This document shows, piece after piece, positions 61,860-64,000 of a stretch of DNA of 64,000 bases. Made by a program: the position numbers and the translations under genes. The stretch spans positions 945-64,944 of the forward strand of contig CALLAT010000079.1 in the NCBI GenBank assembly GCA_938002085.1. Reading direction: 5' to 3'. This stretch comes from an uncultured Pseudanabaenaceae cyanobacterium (GTDB lineage Bacteria > Cyanobacteriota > Cyanobacteriia > PCC-9006 > JAAUQQ01). The number at the start of each line of letters is the position of its first letter. Position 1 is the stretch's first letter. Below the pieces are notes generated by a model, which was given only the letters and a program-made list of their open reading frames with translations, had not been told where the DNA came from and did not search any database.

Positions 61860-63542
61860 CTATTTCAGGATTGAAGAAGCAGCTGAGCTGGGCCGATACA
61901 GTAGGAATCCAAAGACGATCCCGATCGCCAATCCACTCAAATGGGCGGACTGACTAATCTGAGGAATCAAGAAATCCATCACCGATTGAATGAGAACTAG
62001 GACTACGAGAACGCGGAACTGCTCTGCGGCGATCGCCGACTTACTCCGCAGCCAGCTTCGCAAAAGAATCACCAACATCGCCCCCAGCAAACCCATCACC
62101 GCTCCAGAAGCTCCCACCCCCATTAGATTGGGTTGGTTTTGCAACAATGCAACGCCCATCATCCCAAACATAGAACCAATGCCGGTGACGGTATAGATCA
62201 ACAGGAATTTGGGTGTGCCCAGCTTGTTTTCCACGAAGCGACCGTAGTAGAACAGACCAAACATATTGGCGGCAATGTGGACGAGACCCGCATGGAGAAA
62301 GACTGCACTAATGACTCGCCACCATTCTCCATCCAGGACGGAGGCCGGGACCAATGGACCATATCTAACAAGACCACCGGCATAGGCAACGGCAAGATTT
62401 GCCAGGGAAAGGACTTGGAAACTGCCGTTGAAGTTGTAAACCAAGTCGAGGACGAAGACTAGGGCAAGGGCAATATATTGAGAAGCAAAGACTAAGAGAT
62501 TGAGGGCGATGAGCACAGTGGTGGCGCGAATCCAGCGGCGTTTGGGCTGGCTGTCGCTGAGGCTGACTTCACCAAGGACTTCGGTTTCGAGGCGATCAAG
62601 GATAGCGGTGGAGTCGAGGGTGAGTTTGGCTTTGTCTATAGGGGTTGTATGGGCAAGGCGGTAAGCGATCGCCTGCTGAAACATGGCGTTGCTGTCTTGG
62701 TGCAGCGCGTTGAGCTGTACGGTGCCTGCTTTGCGATCGCCTGCGGCTAGGGTGGCAGTCCCTAGCCAAAATCGCTGGGTGGTGGAAGGCGTAGTGGCAA
62801 GCTGATTGGAGAGAATATGTTGTACTGGCATCTTTCTTCCGCAAAAGGCCAGGACCATCATGCGCAAGATGTTGAAGGAGTTGCGGTCTTTGGAAAGGTT
62901 GCCGCTGCGGTGAAATTTGTTGTAGGTGGCTAGAAGTTGGTTGAGGTTGCCAACTTCTCCAAAAGCGCGGACGTAGGCCACGCCGAGGGAAGAGGGGCTA
63001 CTGAAAAGGGCTTCTTCGGCAAAGTGCATTTGCACCCAGGTGAGGAATTCGGTCCAGCGACCCGTGAGGCGGTAATAGAGGACGTTGGCATTTTGGCCGA
63101 TGGCTCCGGGCTTGCGGCGGTAGCGTTCGAGGAGGGCTAGGGCTTCTTTAGATTTGCCATCCTGGGCGAGGGCGAGGCCTCGGAGGAAGTCGGGGCATTG
63201 GAGGTAGCCGCCGATGAAGCTGAGGATGCTCCAGCGCTGGGCCAGTTGGGCGGCTTGGTGGTATTGCTCGCGCTGGTTGAGGCGGTTGAGGCGGATGAGG
63301 AGGATGAGGGGCCAGAGTAGGGTTATGGCCCAGACTAGGCCGCTGATCCAGCCAGACAGGTTGGGGGCAAAGAAGTAGCTGATGCCCAGGATGAGGAGGT
63401 TTAGGGCGGCGATCGCGACCATGCCGGTGGCAATGCGTCTGGCTTGGAGAACGAGGGCTCCACAGCTGATGAGCACAATTTGGATGAGGAAGCCGTTGAA
63501 GCTCATGGACTGGGGGGTTAGGACTTTTCCTAGGGTAGCCAC
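61860..63542 (-). CDS. rhomboid-family intramembrane serine protease with N-terminal TM and TPR-like regions
   Basis: Rhomboid core motifs: WWRVISAVFLHAGLVHIAANM (HxxxN) and GASGAVMGLLGA (GxSG), plus a downstream His in AHLSGLAIG. The track ORF starts at a GTG (63542); an alternative ATG lies at 63506. Confidence 0.85.
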   Translation of the reverse strand: MATLGKVLTPQSMSFNGFLIQIVLISCGALVLQARRIATGMVAIAALNLLILGISYFFAPNLSGWISGLVWAITLLWPLILLIRLNRLNQREQYHQAAQLAQRWSILSFIGGYLQCPDFLRGLALAQDGKSKEALALLERYRRKPGAIGQNANVLYYRLTGRWTEFLTWVQMHFAEEALFSSPSSLGVAYVRAFGEVGNLNQLLATYNKFHRSGNLSKDRNSFNILRMMVLAFCGRKMPVQHILSNQLATTPSTTQRFWLGTATLAAGDRKAGTVQLNALHQDSNAMFQQAIAYRLAHTTPIDKAKLTLDSTAILDRLETEVLGEVSLSDSQPKRRWIRATTVLIALNLLVFASQYIALALVFVLDLVYNFNGSFQVLSLANLAVAYAGGLVRYGPLVPASVLDGEWWRVISAVFLHAGLVHIAANMFGLFYYGRFVENKLGTPKFLLIYTVTGIGSMFGMMGVALLQNQPNLMGVGASGAVMGLLGAMLVILLRSWLRSKSAIAAEQFRVLVVLVLIQSVMDFLIPQISQSAHLSGLAIGIVFGFLLYRPSSAASSILK

Positions 63543-63680
63543 TGGGAATGAGAGTTGGGGAGATTTTGTGGGGTGTTATTGGAACTTTGCAGATTGCGTT
63601 ACGGCAGTTGTCGCGCTGGGTTGGGCTGGAGGACGGTGGGGTGCAAAACTAGGGTTAGGCGTATCGGTTTTGGAAGCAGG

Positions 63681-63977
63681 ATGAATAATCAGCAGTTGGC
63701 TCCGCTGTTGGCTTGGGTGGCGGCGAAGTATGCGGAGGAGTTGGATGTGCAGTTTTTGCAGGGGCCGGTGGAGGATCTGTGGGGGCGGCATGTGGTGTGG
63801 TTGTTTTTGTTGACGAAGGGGGATGATGTGGATCCTCGGGATGGTAAGGCGATGGCGGGTTTTATTGATGGGTTATCCGATGACATGATGGCGCCTGCGC
63901 GGGATATTTTTATTGAGACGGTGCGGCGGCGGTTGGCGGTGTTGGATGAGTATGGGCAGGCTCCGAGTGAGGGGTGA
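63681..63977 (+). CDS. hypothetical small protein
   Basis: A 98-aa ORF from the ATG at 63681 (MNNQQLAPLLAWVAAKYAEE...). The upstream part of the track ORF (from 63555) looks non-coding. I recognised no family. Confidence 0.45.
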   Translation: MNNQQLAPLLAWVAAKYAEELDVQFLQGPVEDLWGRHVVWLFLLTKGDDVDPRDGKAMAGFIDGLSDDMMAPARDIFIETVRRRLAVLDEYGQAPSEG

Positions 63978-64000
63978 TTGGGTGTAGCCACAGTTCCCGT

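Noticed and set aside
1-64000. A search for tRNA/rRNA genes, CRISPR arrays, IS elements/transposases, integrases, reverse transcriptases (retron/DGR) and toxin-antitoxin pairs.
   Set aside because: I recognised none. No intergenic region shows a cloverleaf-like sequence or regularly spaced direct repeats. No ORF carries DDE, tyrosine-recombinase or RT motifs. The only tandem repeats are coding (the adhesin gene and the (AGC)6 run).

Overview
The window is cyanobacterial chromosomal DNA. The HIP1 octamer GCGATCGC occurs dozens of times (for example 408-415 and 1033-1040), and backbone lines I sampled were mostly about 55-65% GC. I support about 45 protein-coding genes. I recognised no rRNA, tRNA, CRISPR array, transposase or integrase.

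Main blocks, in order:
- 1-2 kb: a truncated alpha/beta hydrolase and an LtrA-like membrane protein.
- 2.1-8.1 kb: a tightly packed five-gene signalling operon. It encodes a coiled-coil protein, a transmembrane OmpA-domain protein with a Roadblock/LC7-like cytoplasmic domain, a Ras/Rab-like small GTPase, a catalytically degenerate class III cyclase-homology protein, and a GGDEF-EAL protein.
- 9-19.5 kb: housekeeping and accessory genes. These are a trypsin-like protease, a small molybdopterin oxidoreductase, a PAS histidine kinase, TreY, and a divergent LysR-pirin pair.
- 19.6-23.4 kb: two tandem paralogous TM-HAMP class III cyclases. Their catalytic residues are degenerate in a complementary way: one keeps the metal-binding Asp pair, the other keeps the Lys/Asn/Arg/Lys set.
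- 24.6-30.3 kb: a 1907-aa repeat-rich adhesin without a signal peptide. It contains 399-bp tandem DNA repeats.
- 30.8-38 kb: an M20 amidohydrolase, a GNAT, a low-GC HIP1-free island carrying a SUKH (SMI1/KNR4) protein, a PATAN-type response regulator and a Ser/Thr kinase.
- 38.8-42.8 kb: an ECF-type Ni/Co uptake cluster (CbiM/Q/O plus two extra periplasmic or membrane components).
- 42.9-45.8 kb: two orphan ABC substrate-binding proteins, separated by a cluster of small hairpins.
- 46.1-55.4 kb: a complete Tax/Pil-type chemosensory cluster (PatA-type RR, CheY, CheW, MCP, hybrid CheA, extra receiver).
- 55.7-61.6 kb: two paralogous modular beta-propeller/cadherin/FG-GAP proteins.
- 61.9-64 kb: a rhomboid protease and a small hypothetical gene.

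The best candidates for undescribed biology are the complementary-degenerate cyclase pair (a predicted obligate heterodimer) and the GTPase/Roadblock/OmpA/pseudo-cyclase/c-di-GMP operon. All calls rest on reading the translated ORFs and the DNA by eye. No database search was run.
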